A stretch of 64,000 nt of DNA from Patescibacteria group bacterium (GCA_030837625.1 JAUPKF010000001.1:23496-87495), one strand, 5' to 3'. Numbered from the stretch's first letter, positions 37,852 through 46,966 are shown. Program-made: numbers and translations. The notes: generated by a model from the sequence alone, not told the origin.

Positions 37852-38865
37852 ATGAGCAAAATAATTTGTATCGGATCGGCGTGCAAGGATATATTTATGC
37901 CGACCGGCGAGGGAAAAATAATCGAAACGCCGGAAGATTTGACAAGCCAAAGAAAAATTTCTTTTGAGCTGGGCGCTAAATATGCTATTGAGGAGCGCTT
38001 TGAAACGCTTGGCGGCTGCGCGGCCAATGTGGCTTCGGGACTTTCTAAATTAGGAGTGGCTTCGGAATGCGTCGCGCAAGTGGGAAACGACGTAAATGGG
38101 ATATGGATCAGGGAAGAACTTCGCAAGAACGGCGCGGGGTTGGAAATGATGCAGGTGAAAGAAGGAGATAATAGCGATCTTTCCGCGATTATCGTGGATA
38201 AGTCGAGCGCCGATCGGACTATTTTTTCCAGCAAATATTCTTCGGGAAAGCTGGAATATGACCGTGAAAAGATGAAAGAAGCTGAATGGATTTTCATCGG
38301 GGATATCCATGGAAAATGGGAAGAAAATTTGGAAGAGATTATCCAGCTGGCCAAAGATGAAAATAAGCGTGTCGCTTTCAATCCCCGCGAAAGAAATATT
38401 CATGAAAACGCGGCCGAGATTATCCAAGCGATAAGTTTCGCGGAAGTTGTTTTTGTCAACAAAGACGAAGCGATTGAAATAGTCAAGGCGATGGATGAAA
38501 AAGCGGCCGACGCCGATCTCAACAGCGAAGAGTTTTTGATTGGGAAGCTGAAAAATCTCGAGCCGAAAGTGGTGGCGCTGACCAATGGGAAAGACGGCGC
38601 GTGGGTAACGGGCGATGACGGAAAAACATTGTTCGCTAAGGGTTTGGAAGTTTCGGCAGTTGATTCCACCGGTGCCGGCGACGCTTTTCTCTCCGGATTT
38701 CTCTCGGCTTACATCAAAGAAAGAGATTTATCCAAATGTTTGAAATGGGGCATCGCCAACAGCGCTAGTGTTGTCCAACATTACGGCGGAATCGAAGGCC
38801 TGCTTTCTGAAGATGAGCTTTCCAAAAAAGCGGAAGAGGTGGAAGTGAAGGAGATAAATATTTAA
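37852..38865 (+). CDS. PfkB-family carbohydrate kinase (ribokinase-like).
   Basis: N-terminal 'ICIGSACKDIF' and the C-terminal PfkB signature 'DSTGAGDAFLSGFLSAY'. Confidence 0.8.
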   Translation: MSKIICIGSACKDIFMPTGEGKIIETPEDLTSQRKISFELGAKYAIEERFETLGGCAANVASGLSKLGVASECVAQVGNDVNGIWIREELRKNGAGLEMMQVKEGDNSDLSAIIVDKSSADRTIFSSKYSSGKLEYDREKMKEAEWIFIGDIHGKWEENLEEIIQLAKDENKRVAFNPRERNIHENAAEIIQAISFAEVVFVNKDEAIEIVKAMDEKAADADLNSEEFLIGKLKNLEPKVVALTNGKDGAWVTGDDGKTLFAKGLEVSAVDSTGAGDAFLSGFLSAYIKERDLSKCLKWGIANSASVVQHYGGIEGLLSEDELSKKAEEVEVKEINI

Positions 38866-38875
38866 ACATAATCAT

Positions 38876-39289
38876 ATGAAAATTGGCATAATAGGTTCAA
38901 TGCAGTTTACTGACAAAATGGTTGAGGTCAAGGCGGATCTTATAAAATTGGGACATGATGCGTTTATTACGGACTTGCATAAAACCATGATTGGAAAAAC
39001 AGATGAAGAGATTGAACAAATCAAACTTCATCAAAAGTATAATATGGATGCGATTCGTGAGTTTTGAAATGCTATGCAGGGAGCGGACGCTGTCCTTGTT
39101 TTGAATTTTGATAAAAATGGCGTCAAAAATTATGTTGGTGGAAATACCCTCATGGAAATCGGTTTTGCCCATGTTTTGAATCAAAAAATATTTATGTGGA
39201 ATCCAGTACCGGATATGCCATATTGCAAAACAGAAATTGAAGCCGTCAAGCCGGTTATCATTGATGGAGATTTAGTAAAAATAGCCTAA
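38876..39289 (+). pseudogene. Nucleoside 2-deoxyribosyltransferase-like protein interrupted by a single in-frame TGA at 39065-39067.
   Basis: ORFs 38876-39067 and 39074-39289 are in the same frame. 'MKIGIIGSMQF...' plus '...ADAVLVLNFDKNG...GGNTLMEIGFAHVLNQKIFMW' together resemble one nucleoside deoxyribosyltransferase-like fold. Confidence 0.5.
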
Positions 39290-39299
39290 CTATATTATT

Positions 39300-41372
39300 A
39301 TGAATCTGGAAAAACTTTTTAATCCAAAATCAATCGCGGTGGTGGGGGCATCTTCCGAGGAAGGGAAAGTGGGAAATGTGATCGCGAAGAATTTGCTGAA
39401 GCTCGGTTACGCGGGTGAGGTTTTTTTGGTGAATCCCAAGTGCGATACTTTGCTTGATCGCAAGTGCTATAAAAACTTAAACGATATAGGAAGCGAAATT
39501 GACTTGGCGGTGGTGGCGATTCCGGCCAGGTTTGTCAACGAAGAGATAAAAAACAACGCGGAAAGAATAAAAAATTATGTTGTTATTTCAGCCGGATTTT
39601 CCGAAACCGGTGAAGAGGGCAAGAAACGCGAAGAAGAGTTGGCGCGGATTGCCCAAGAAAATGATTTGAATATTTTGGGTCCCAATTGTTTGGGTTTTAT
39701 TGTGCCGAAGTTGAAGCTCAACGCGTCTTTCGCGGGCGGGTTGCCGGAGGCGGGACGGATTTCTTTCGTGAGTCAGTCCGGTGCTTTGGCGGTGGCTTTT
39801 ATGGACAAGGCTGCCAAGGAGGGAATGAAGTTTTCCAATTTGGTTTCAGTTGGGAACAAAATGCAGTTAACGGAAACGGAGATCTTGGAATATTTGGAAA
39901 AAGACGCGGATACGAAAGTTATCGGAATGTATCTGGAGGGGATAAAAAACGGGAAAAGTTTTTTGGAAACAGTCTCGCGGGTGGCGCGCGAAAAGCCGGT
40001 TATAATTTTGAAAGCCGGAAAAACAGAAAAAGCCCAAGAGGCCATCAGTTCGCACACTGGAGCGTTAGCCGGATCGGACGAGATAATTTCGGCAGTTTTG
40101 AAAAAAGCGGGAGTAATGCGCGCGGAGAATTTAGAGGAGTTTTTTGATATGCTAAATTTGGCGGATAATTCGAAAGAAATGACCGGAGGAAACGTGGCAG
40201 TGGTGACTAATGCCGGCGGACCGGGAGTTCTCACGACGGACGCTTTTTTTGAAAAGGAGATAAAATTGGCGGAGCTGGACGGGGAAATCAAAGAGAAATT
40301 AAGAGGTTTTTTGCCGGGAGAGTCGTCCGTGGAAAATCCGATCGATCTTTTGGGCGACGCGCGCGAAGATCGGTATGAAAAAACTTTGGCGATAATCGAA
40401 AATGACAAAAATATTGATACGGTAATTTGTGTTTTAACTCCGCAGGATCAAACTCCCGTTTCGAAAATCGCTGAAAAAATAGTCGAGTTCAAAGATAAGA
40501 CCGTCAAAAATGTTACAGCTGTTTTTATTGGAGGGGAAAGAATAGAGGAGGCGGTGAAGAAAATGCGGGAGAATGGGATATGTAATTTTTCTTATCCGGA
40601 ACAGGCGGTGCGTGCGCTGGACAATCTTTATCGCTGGGAAATGTTCAAGAAAAGAAAAAGCAAAATTGGAGAAAATCTAATTAACCTGAAAAGGAGAGAA
40701 AAGGCAGAAGGAATAATAAATATTGCTAGGACCGAAGGGCGGACAGCGTTGTATTTTTCCGAGGCGAAAAAATTAGCGGAGATGTACGGAATAAACGCGG
40801 CGGTGTGCGCGGAGATATTGCCGAAAGATACGGAGGGCAAAGCTTTGCCAAAAATAGAATATCCGGCGGTTCTCAAAGTGGACAGCGACCAGGTGCTCCA
40901 CAAAACCGATAAAAAAGGAATCAGGCTTAATATCAAGAACAAGAAAGAATTGGAAAAAGCCGTGGCGGAAATGCGGCTTAGTTTTTCTGGAAGCCGGCTG
41001 GTTGTCCAGCCGATGGTGGAGATCCAAACGGAATTAATTTTGGGCATCAAGAATGATCCGATGTTTGGGCTGGTTTTGGTGTATGGCTTGGGTGGAATTT
41101 ACACGGAAGTTTTCAAGATGGTGGATTTTTTGGTTTCGCCGGTCAGTCTTGCTCAAGCGGAAGAGTCGCTTTTGAAAGGAAAATTGAAATTTTTGTTCCA
41201 GGAAACCCGCGGCCAAAAAGCTTATAATCTTGAGGAAATCGCCAAAATTCTGGTTGGGTTGGGATTTCTGGCTGGAGAAAATCCCGACATTCGCGAATTG
41301 GATATAAATCCTTTGCTCGTTTATAATAACGGAAAGTCGGCAGTGGCAGTGGATGTCAAGGTAATGGTGTAA
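39300..41372 (+). CDS. Acetyl-CoA synthetase, ADP-forming (fused alpha/beta NDP-forming acyl-CoA synthetase).
   Basis: N-terminal CoA-binding motif 'KSIAVVGASSEEGKVGNVI'. Succinyl-CoA-synthetase-like flavodoxin domain. Catalytic-His region 'ISSHTGALAGSD'. C-terminal ATP-grasp domain. Length 690 aa. Confidence 0.85.
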   Translation: MNLEKLFNPKSIAVVGASSEEGKVGNVIAKNLLKLGYAGEVFLVNPKCDTLLDRKCYKNLNDIGSEIDLAVVAIPARFVNEEIKNNAERIKNYVVISAGFSETGEEGKKREEELARIAQENDLNILGPNCLGFIVPKLKLNASFAGGLPEAGRISFVSQSGALAVAFMDKAAKEGMKFSNLVSVGNKMQLTETEILEYLEKDADTKVIGMYLEGIKNGKSFLETVSRVAREKPVIILKAGKTEKAQEAISSHTGALAGSDEIISAVLKKAGVMRAENLEEFFDMLNLADNSKEMTGGNVAVVTNAGGPGVLTTDAFFEKEIKLAELDGEIKEKLRGFLPGESSVENPIDLLGDAREDRYEKTLAIIENDKNIDTVICVLTPQDQTPVSKIAEKIVEFKDKTVKNVTAVFIGGERIEEAVKKMRENGICNFSYPEQAVRALDNLYRWEMFKKRKSKIGENLINLKRREKAEGIINIARTEGRTALYFSEAKKLAEMYGINAAVCAEILPKDTEGKALPKIEYPAVLKVDSDQVLHKTDKKGIRLNIKNKKELEKAVAEMRLSFSGSRLVVQPMVEIQTELILGIKNDPMFGLVLVYGLGGIYTEVFKMVDFLVSPVSLAQAEESLLKGKLKFLFQETRGQKAYNLEEIAKILVGLGFLAGENPDIRELDINPLLVYNNGKSAVAVDVKVMV

Positions 41373-41378
41373 AAACTT

Positions 41379-43097
41379 ATGGCGGTTTGGAAAATAAAAG
41401 AACAGGGGGAAAAATACGATCCGGAATTGGAGAAGAAATATCACCCGCTGGTTTTGCGGCTCTTGGCGCAAAGAGGCCTGGCGTCTTTGGCGGACGTGGA
41501 AAGTTTTTTTAATTCCGGCTATGGCGATTTGCAAAACCCGTTGGAGATATCCGGCATGGAAAAAGCGGTGGAACGAATAATTTTGGCGCGGGACAAAAAA
41601 GAAAAAATCGCGATCTTCGGCGATTATGACGCAGACGGCGTGACGGCTTCAGCCATTCTTTTTGAAGTTCTGACGGAATTGGGAGCGGCGGATGTCATTT
41701 CATATATTCCCGACCGGCAATTGGAAGGCTACGGAATGAATGAAGACGCGGTTGATTATCTGCAAAAAGAAAACGTTGAATTGATTATCACGGTGGATTG
41801 CGGAATAACCAACATTAAGGAAGTTGGAAAAGCCAATAATTTTGGAATAGATGTTATTGTTACTGACCATCACCATATTCCCAAAAACATTCCCGACGCG
41901 TTGGCGGTGATCAATCCCAATTTAGAAGATTCCGATTTCAAATGCAAAAACTTGGCCGGAGTGGGGGTGGCTTTCGCGTTGGCGCGCGGACTGTACCAGA
42001 AAATAAATCCGGAAAAATCGGAACAGCTCAAATGGATGCTGGACTTGGCGGCGATTGGAACAGTGGCGGATTGCGTGCCGCTTCTCGGTGAAAATAGGAC
42101 GCTGGTGAAATACGGCCTTATTGTTCTTTCCAAAACCAAAAGAGCCGGACTCAAAGAAATGTTTTCGGTGGGGCGGATTGAGATTTCCGAAGACAATATT
42201 CCCGACGCGCGGAAGGTGGCCTTTCAGATTGCGCCTCGCATTAACGCTTCCGGTCGGATGGACCATGCTAGTCACGCTTACAAAATGATTATTGAAAAAG
42301 ATACGGTGAAAGCGCGGGAACTGGCGCTGGAAGTGGAAAGCAAGAATCAGGAGCGGCAAAAAGTGACGGTGGAAATTGTGCGGGAGGTACAAATTCTGGC
42401 TAACAACTCTTTTCGCGATGAGAAATTTATTTTCGCGGCGAACCCGCACTGGCCGGTGGGAGTTTTGGGGCTGGTGGCCGGGAAGATTGCCGATGAATTC
42501 AGAAAACCGACCATCATTCTTCAGGAGCAGGAAAAGGAAAATGTTTTCGTCGGATCGCTGCGAAGCGTTCCAGAGGTGGATATTATGAAAATCCTGAACG
42601 AGTGCTCGGAGTTTCTGACCAAGTTTGGCGGACATTCCCAGGCGGCTGGCGTGGCGGTGGCGCGGGAAAATATGGAAAAATTTTACGAAGCTTTTTCTGC
42701 TGGCGTGACGCGAAAAATGGAGGGAGTGGATTCAACGTCCTCTGTCGATATTGACGCGGAAGTTTCCGCTTCAGATATCAACTGGGATTTAGTTAATGAT
42801 CTCAAAAAAATGGAGCCGTTCGGAGTCGGCAATGAAGAGCCGGTTTTCTCGGCGAAGAATATGATTGTAGTGGAATCGCGGGTGGTGGGCAATGGCAGTA
42901 AGCATTTGAAACTGTCTTTGCGCGCCGAGGGAAGCCCCAAGGTTTTCGACGCCATTGGATTCTCGATGGGGGAAAAATTTTCCGATCTCGCGTCCGGTGA
43001 TATAATAGACGCAGTGTTTAATTTGCAGGAAGACGAGTGGAACGGGAATAAAAAAATGCAATTAAAGTTAATTGATTTGAAGAAAGCAAATGGCTAA
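41379..43097 (+). CDS. recJ: Single-stranded-DNA-specific exonuclease RecJ.
   Basis: DHH motifs 'IFGDYDADGVTASAIL' and 'VIVTDHHH', the DHHA1 'GGHSQAAG' motif and a C-terminal OB fold. Confidence 0.9.
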   Translation: MAVWKIKEQGEKYDPELEKKYHPLVLRLLAQRGLASLADVESFFNSGYGDLQNPLEISGMEKAVERIILARDKKEKIAIFGDYDADGVTASAILFEVLTELGAADVISYIPDRQLEGYGMNEDAVDYLQKENVELIITVDCGITNIKEVGKANNFGIDVIVTDHHHIPKNIPDALAVINPNLEDSDFKCKNLAGVGVAFALARGLYQKINPEKSEQLKWMLDLAAIGTVADCVPLLGENRTLVKYGLIVLSKTKRAGLKEMFSVGRIEISEDNIPDARKVAFQIAPRINASGRMDHASHAYKMIIEKDTVKARELALEVESKNQERQKVTVEIVREVQILANNSFRDEKFIFAANPHWPVGVLGLVAGKIADEFRKPTIILQEQEKENVFVGSLRSVPEVDIMKILNECSEFLTKFGGHSQAAGVAVARENMEKFYEAFSAGVTRKMEGVDSTSSVDIDAEVSASDINWDLVNDLKKMEPFGVGNEEPVFSAKNMIVVESRVVGNGSKHLKLSLRAEGSPKVFDAIGFSMGEKFSDLASGDIIDAVFNLQEDEWNGNKKMQLKLIDLKKANG

Positions 43098-43521
43098 TGT
43101 TATAAAAATGTTTACTGATGGCGGGGCGAGGAATAATCCGGGGCCGGCGGCGATCGGGGTATGGATAGAAACGCTGAATAAAAAGTACGGCGAATATATC
43201 GGTGAGGCGACCAATAATGTGGCGGAGTACGCGGCGCTGATTTTCGGTTTGAAAAAATTGAAAGCCCTACTGGGAAAAAACAAAACCAAGCAGTACGAAG
43301 TTGAATGTTATTTGGACTCGGAATTGGTGGTGAAACAACTTAATCACGAGTACAAGCTCAAGGAAGAGTATATCCAAAAAAATTTCATCGAGATTTGGAA
43401 TTTGATGCTGGACTTTGGCGGCGTAAAGTTTTATCATATACCTAGGGAGAAGAATAAAATCGCGGATGCGTTGGTGAATGAAGCATTGGATGATTTTGCG
43501 AAGCAAGAAAAACTTTTTTAA
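43090..43521 (+). CDS. rnhA: Ribonuclease HI-family protein.
   Basis: 'FTDGGARNNPGPAAIGV' (catalytic Asp), 'TNNVAEYAALIFGL' (catalytic Glu) and 'REKNKIADALVNEA'. Confidence 0.8.
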   Translation: MANVIKMFTDGGARNNPGPAAIGVWIETLNKKYGEYIGEATNNVAEYAALIFGLKKLKALLGKNKTKQYEVECYLDSELVVKQLNHEYKLKEEYIQKNFIEIWNLMLDFGGVKFYHIPREKNKIADALVNEALDDFAKQEKLF

Positions 43522-43718
43522 ATTCACCTAATTGTCTAATTCACCTAATTTCTAATGAAATGTCCAATAAACAAAGGCTAAATAAAATTAATAATGCAAA
43601 ATTCAAAATTTAAAAAAAGTTCTCTTTATTAGAAATTAGACATTAGAAATTTTATTTTGCTATTTGAAATTGTTTAATTTTATTAGGTGAATTAGAAATT
43701 AGGTGAATTAGGTGAATT
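43521..43718. repeat. Family A palindromic intergenic element, copy 2, immediately upstream of the first MacAB-type operon.
   Basis: 'aattcacctaattgtctaattcacctaatttctaat ... ttattaggtgaattagaaattaggtgaattaggtgaatt'. Confidence 0.8.
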
Positions 43719-43727
43719 TCAAAACAA

Positions 43728-44750
43728 ATGTTTAAAAAGAAAAAAACTTACATAATATTCGCGCTGGTTATTTTGGCTGTGGGCGGTTATTTTTACCAAA
43801 AATCCAAAGCGCCTAAAGCGGAATATACAACGGCGGAGGCGCGGAGAGGAACGCTTAGTCAGACTGTTTCTGTTACAGGCGCGGCAGCTTCCCGGCATGA
43901 AGTGGAGTTGTCTTTCAAGACCAGCGGGATCATTCAGAATCTGTACGTTGATATCGGGGATAGAGTGGAAAAGGGGCAAAAAGTGGCGGTTATCGACAAA
44001 GGCACTCTTTATGCCGAGCTCAGTCAAGCCAAACAAAACGTGACGGCGCAAAAGCAAACGCTGGCCAATATGAAACGCGAGGGAAACGCTTTCAAGGTCG
44101 AACAGGAAAACGCCCAGCGAGCCGAAATCAGAAAGGCTGAAGCGGCGGTGGGACAAATTTACGCCAGATTTGCCGATACGGTTTTATATTCTCCGATGGA
44201 CGGGATCGTTATTCGACGAAACGGGGAAGTGGGAGAAACCATCACTGCCAATTCAGCGGCTTCCAACACTCCGGTGGTGACGGTGGCGCAAGAAGGGGAT
44301 TTGGAAGTGAAAGCCGATGTGCCGGAATCGGACATTGTGAAAATAGCGCTGGGGCAAAAAGCGGACATAACCTTGGATGCTTTTTCTTCCAGCAAGGATG
44401 TCTTTGAAGGAGAAGTAATCGACATCGAACCGGCATCGACCGTTATCCAGGACGTCGTTTATTATAAAGTGAAATTTAAGATATTGAATTACGACCAAAG
44501 GATAAAAAACGGCATGAGCGCCGACCTTGATATCAAAACAGCTTCCAAGGATAATGTTATTTTCGTTCCGGAGCGCGCCGTGAAAGAGGAAAACGGCAAA
44601 AAGTACGTTGAGATCTTGAAAGACGAAGCGACGAGCGAGGTTGAAAAAATCTTTGTCGAAACGGGACTTAAGGGAAATGAGGGGATGATTGAAATAACGA
44701 AAGGGTTGAATGGCGGAGAGAGGGTTGTGACGCTCACAAAGACACCGTGA
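43728..44750 (+). CDS. HlyD-family periplasmic adaptor (MacA-like) of a tripartite ABC efflux system.
   Basis: N-terminal transmembrane anchor. Biotinyl/lipoyl-like motif 'VSVTGAAASRHEVELSFKTSGII' and 'ADTVLYSPMDGIV'. C-terminal beta-barrel domain. Confidence 0.85.
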   Translation: MFKKKKTYIIFALVILAVGGYFYQKSKAPKAEYTTAEARRGTLSQTVSVTGAAASRHEVELSFKTSGIIQNLYVDIGDRVEKGQKVAVIDKGTLYAELSQAKQNVTAQKQTLANMKREGNAFKVEQENAQRAEIRKAEAAVGQIYARFADTVLYSPMDGIVIRRNGEVGETITANSAASNTPVVTVAQEGDLEVKADVPESDIVKIALGQKADITLDAFSSSKDVFEGEVIDIEPASTVIQDVVYYKVKFKILNYDQRIKNGMSADLDIKTASKDNVIFVPERAVKEENGKKYVEILKDEATSEVEKIFVETGLKGNEGMIEITKGLNGGERVVTLTKTP

Positions 44751-44752
44751 TT

Positions 44753-44778
44753 GTAGGGGTTTGATTTATCAAACCCCG
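44753..44778. repeat. REP-like hairpin immediately upstream of the RAYT gene.
   Basis: 'tgtaggggtttgatttatcaaacccc'. The inner 22 nt are palindromic. The reverse complement recurs at 45127-45152. Confidence 0.6.
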
Positions 44779-44790
44779 TTGACTCAAAAA

Positions 44791-45402
44791 ATGCCATACA
44801 AAAACAGAAAATCTAACCGTTTAGAGAATTATGATTATTCTCAAAACGGTATGTATTTTGTAACAATATGCACAAAAGACAGGGTTGAGCATTTCGGAGA
44901 AATTAAAGATGGCAAAATGATTTTGAATGAGTCGGGAGAAATTGCGTTGAAAAATTTACGTGACGTATCAAATCATTTTGAAAGCGTATGTTTGGACGAG
45001 TATGTTGTTATGCCGAATCACCTTCACTGCATATTGGAAATTGATACGGCGGTGCAATTTTTGGATAAACCGGATGTAGGGGTTCAATTTATTGAACCTG
45101 TTGTTGACGCGGGGTTTGCCGAGGGCGGGTTTGATAAATCAAACCCCTACGCAGCGTGTATAGGAAACAATCCAATGTTAATGAGCAAAACAACATTGGG
45201 AAAGATCATCAGATATTGCAAGGCAAAGACGGCCTGTGAAATTCGTGGGAGCATGGATTTTTGGCAGTTTGCCTGGCAGAAAAATTATTATGACCACATT
45301 GTTCGCAATGAAATATCTCTCAATAAAATTCGTGAGTATATTCAGGAAAATCCAAAAACGTGGGAACGGGACAGAAATAATGTTGAAAATTTAAACATGT
45401 GA
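44791..45402 (+). CDS. REP-associated tyrosine transposase (RAYT, IS200/IS605-like Y1 HuH transposase family).
   Basis: 'MYFVTICTKDR', HuH motif 'VVMPNHLHCIL' and catalytic Tyr motif 'WQKNYYDHIVRNE'. A roughly 25-aa insert lies between the motifs ('VGVQFIEPVVDAGFAEGGFDKSNPY'). It is encoded by REP-like hairpins. Confidence 0.8.
   Translation: MPYKNRKSNRLENYDYSQNGMYFVTICTKDRVEHFGEIKDGKMILNESGEIALKNLRDVSNHFESVCLDEYVVMPNHLHCILEIDTAVQFLDKPDVGVQFIEPVVDAGFAEGGFDKSNPYAACIGNNPMLMSKTTLGKIIRYCKAKTACEIRGSMDFWQFAWQKNYYDHIVRNEISLNKIREYIQENPKTWERDRNNVENLNM
45077..45152. repeat. REP-like hairpin doublet inside the RAYT coding sequence. It is the inverse copy of the upstream REP.
   Basis: 'gtaggggttcaatttattgaacc' and 'gggtttgataaatcaaacccctac'. 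The flanks 'gtagggg ... cccctac' form an outer inverted repeat. Confidence 0.55.
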
Positions 45403-45412
45403 TGACAAAATA

Positions 45413-45460
45413 AAAAAAGCAGACTGCGCGCCGGTAACGCTGGGCGCGAATCTGCTTTGT
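45413..45460 (-). terminator. Rho-independent terminator for the minus-strand gene below (it may also act on + transcripts from the RAYT).
   Basis: GC-rich stem 'gcagactgcgcgcc' / 'ggcgcgaatctgc'. On the minus strand it is followed by a T6 run (the A-run at 45413-45419). Confidence 0.55.
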
Positions 45461-45484
45461 GAACGAGGAAAAAACGGAGGCGGT

Positions 45485-45817
45485 TCAGGTCGGAGACATA
45501 AGCATCTCGATAGCATCAACGAGATCGTCTGTGCCTCCTAATCTGTACCGATTTACGAAAATCTCCGATAATCTTGCCTCTCGCTCGGCTACGTTATTGT
45601 CGATAGCGCGGGGACAGGTCATACCGGGAATTCCCTGAATCAGTCGAACTTGTGCCTTTGAGACGGCGATGCCATCGTTCTCATGGTCTCTGGCGAAGTT
45701 GAGGAGGTCGGCAATTTCGGATCTTGTCAGTGGATGATAGTCAGGAAGATCTTTATCAAGAGGTATGTCCCCATAGGCTTCATGCGGGCATGGAATTTCA
45801 AATGCGTACTTTCTCAT
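45485..45817 (-). CDS. Hypothetical protein of 110 aa in a GC-rich (about 50%) foreign-looking cassette on the minus strand.
   Basis: ORF 'MRKYAFEIPCPHEAYGDIPLDKDLPDYHPLTRSEIADLLNFARDHENDGIAVSK...'. Strong SD 'aaggag' 9 nt upstream of the ATG. Has its own consensus promoter and terminator. No family was recognised. Confidence 0.5.
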   Translation of the reverse strand: MRKYAFEIPCPHEAYGDIPLDKDLPDYHPLTRSEIADLLNFARDHENDGIAVSKAQVRLIQGIPGMTCPRAIDNNVAEREARLSEIFVNRYRLGGTDDLVDAIEMLMSPT

Positions 45818-45923
45818 GACGTTATTTCTCCTTTCTGGTCTGGATTGGCTTGCTAAAGACGGTTGAAGTTTCCCCTCAAGTGAGGGCTTCCTCGACACTA
45901 AAACTTTTAAGAACTAATCTTAC

Positions 45924-45952
45924 ATTATACACCCAAACCCATGAAAAGTCAA
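45924..45952 (-). promoter_or_regulatory. Consensus sigma70 promoter on the minus strand: TTGACT, 17-nt spacer, TATAAT with a TG extension. It drives the 45485-45817 gene.
   Basis: The reverse complement of 45924-45952 reads 'ttgacttttcatgggtttgggtgtataatg'. Confidence 0.5.
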
Positions 45953-46789
45953 CCCCCCACCAATTCCAAAGAAAGATTAAATAATCAGAAGGATTATGGC
46001 ACGGAATCGTCTAGCGGCTCGAATTTTTCTTATTCTGAGTCAGGTGAGAGAATTGGTAGGGGGCAAGGCGCGTTAATCCAAGTTCAAAATCTCTGCAAGA
46101 CTTACGATAACGAAGGCGTGAAGACGGCGGCGATGTGCGGCGCGAGTTTTGTTATTGGAAAGGGTGAGTTTGTTTCGATAATGGGGCCGAGCGGGAGCGG
46201 GAAATCGACGCTGATGCAGATTTTGGGAATGCTGGACCGGCCGACGGAGGGGAAATATTTTTTCGAAGGGAAAGATACTTTCGGTTTTGACGATGACACG
46301 CTGGCGGGAATCCGCAACAAAAAAATCGGGTTTGTTTTTCAGTCGTTCAATTTGCTTCCAAGAACTTCGGTCTATGAAAATGTGGAGTTGCCGTTGCTTT
46401 ATGATTCCAAGCCGGACGGGCAGAACAGGAAAAAAGTTATGGACGCGCTCCTGGCGGTTGGGATGGAACATCGGGAGAAATATCTTTCCAATCAACTCTC
46501 CGGCGGGGAAAAACAACGGGTGGCGATCGCGCGGGCTTTGGTCAACAATCCGGACGTGGTTTTTGCCGACGAGCCGACGGGAAATTTGGATTCCAAATCC
46601 GGTCTTCAGGTAATGAAAATTTTACAAAAATTAAATAACGACGGACATACTATAATTTTGGTGACTCACGAGACTTACACTGCCGAGCACGCCGAGAGGA
46701 TACTTTATATGAAAGACGGACAGATTGTTGCTGATGATCCGGTGAGGAATCGGAGGATGGCGGATGGAGAAAGCGAGCTTTTGAAATAA
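45941..46789 (+). CDS. ABC transporter ATP-binding protein (MacB/LolD-type) with an unusual, roughly 50-aa Ser/Gly-rich N-terminal extension.
   Basis: Walker A 'GPSGSGKST', Q-loop, signature '[15 protein letters not shown]', Walker B '[11 protein letters not shown]' and H-loop 'LVTHE'. Confidence 0.85.
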   Translation: MKSQPPTNSKERLNNQKDYGTESSSGSNFSYSESGERIGRGQGALIQVQNLCKTYDNEGVKTAAMCGASFVIGKGEFVSIMGPSGSGKSTLMQILGMLDRPTEGKYFFEGKDTFGFDDDTLAGIRNKKIGFVFQSFNLLPRTSVYENVELPLLYDSKPDGQNRKKVMDALLAVGMEHREKYLSNQLSGGEKQRVAIARALVNNPDVVFADEPTGNLDSKSGLQVMKILQKLNNDGHTIILVTHETYTAEHAERILYMKDGQIVADDPVRNRRMADGESELLK

Positions 46790-46966
46790 TTCACCTAATT
46801 CACCTAATTTCTAATTCACCTAATAAAATTCTACAAGGCCAAATAGCAAAATAAAATTTCTAACGTCTAATAAGGATTTTTGAATTTTACATTATGAATT
46901 TTTATTTACCCTTTAGTTATTGGACATTTTATTAGAAATTAGGTGAATTAGGTAATTAGGTGAATT
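46788..46966. repeat. Family A palindromic intergenic element, copy 3.
   Basis: 'taattcacctaattcacctaatttctaattcacctaat ... attagaaattaggtgaattaggtaattaggtgaatt'. It starts at the ATPase stop codon. Confidence 0.8.

Noticed and set aside
38876-39289. Genome-wide UGA reassignment (genetic code 25 or 4) as the explanation for the in-frame TGA.
   Set aside because: TGA terminates many full-length, well-conserved genes at the expected positions, including serS at 13101-13103, ftsL, greA, hlyD and trxB. Standard code 11 therefore applies.
45941-46090. Alternative later start for the first ABC ATPase, to remove its 50-aa N-terminal extension.
   Set aside because: No in-frame ATG, GTG or TTG with a ribosome-binding site was found before the Walker A region. 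The ATG at 45941 was kept, with the caveat that the foreign cassette's promoter overlaps it.
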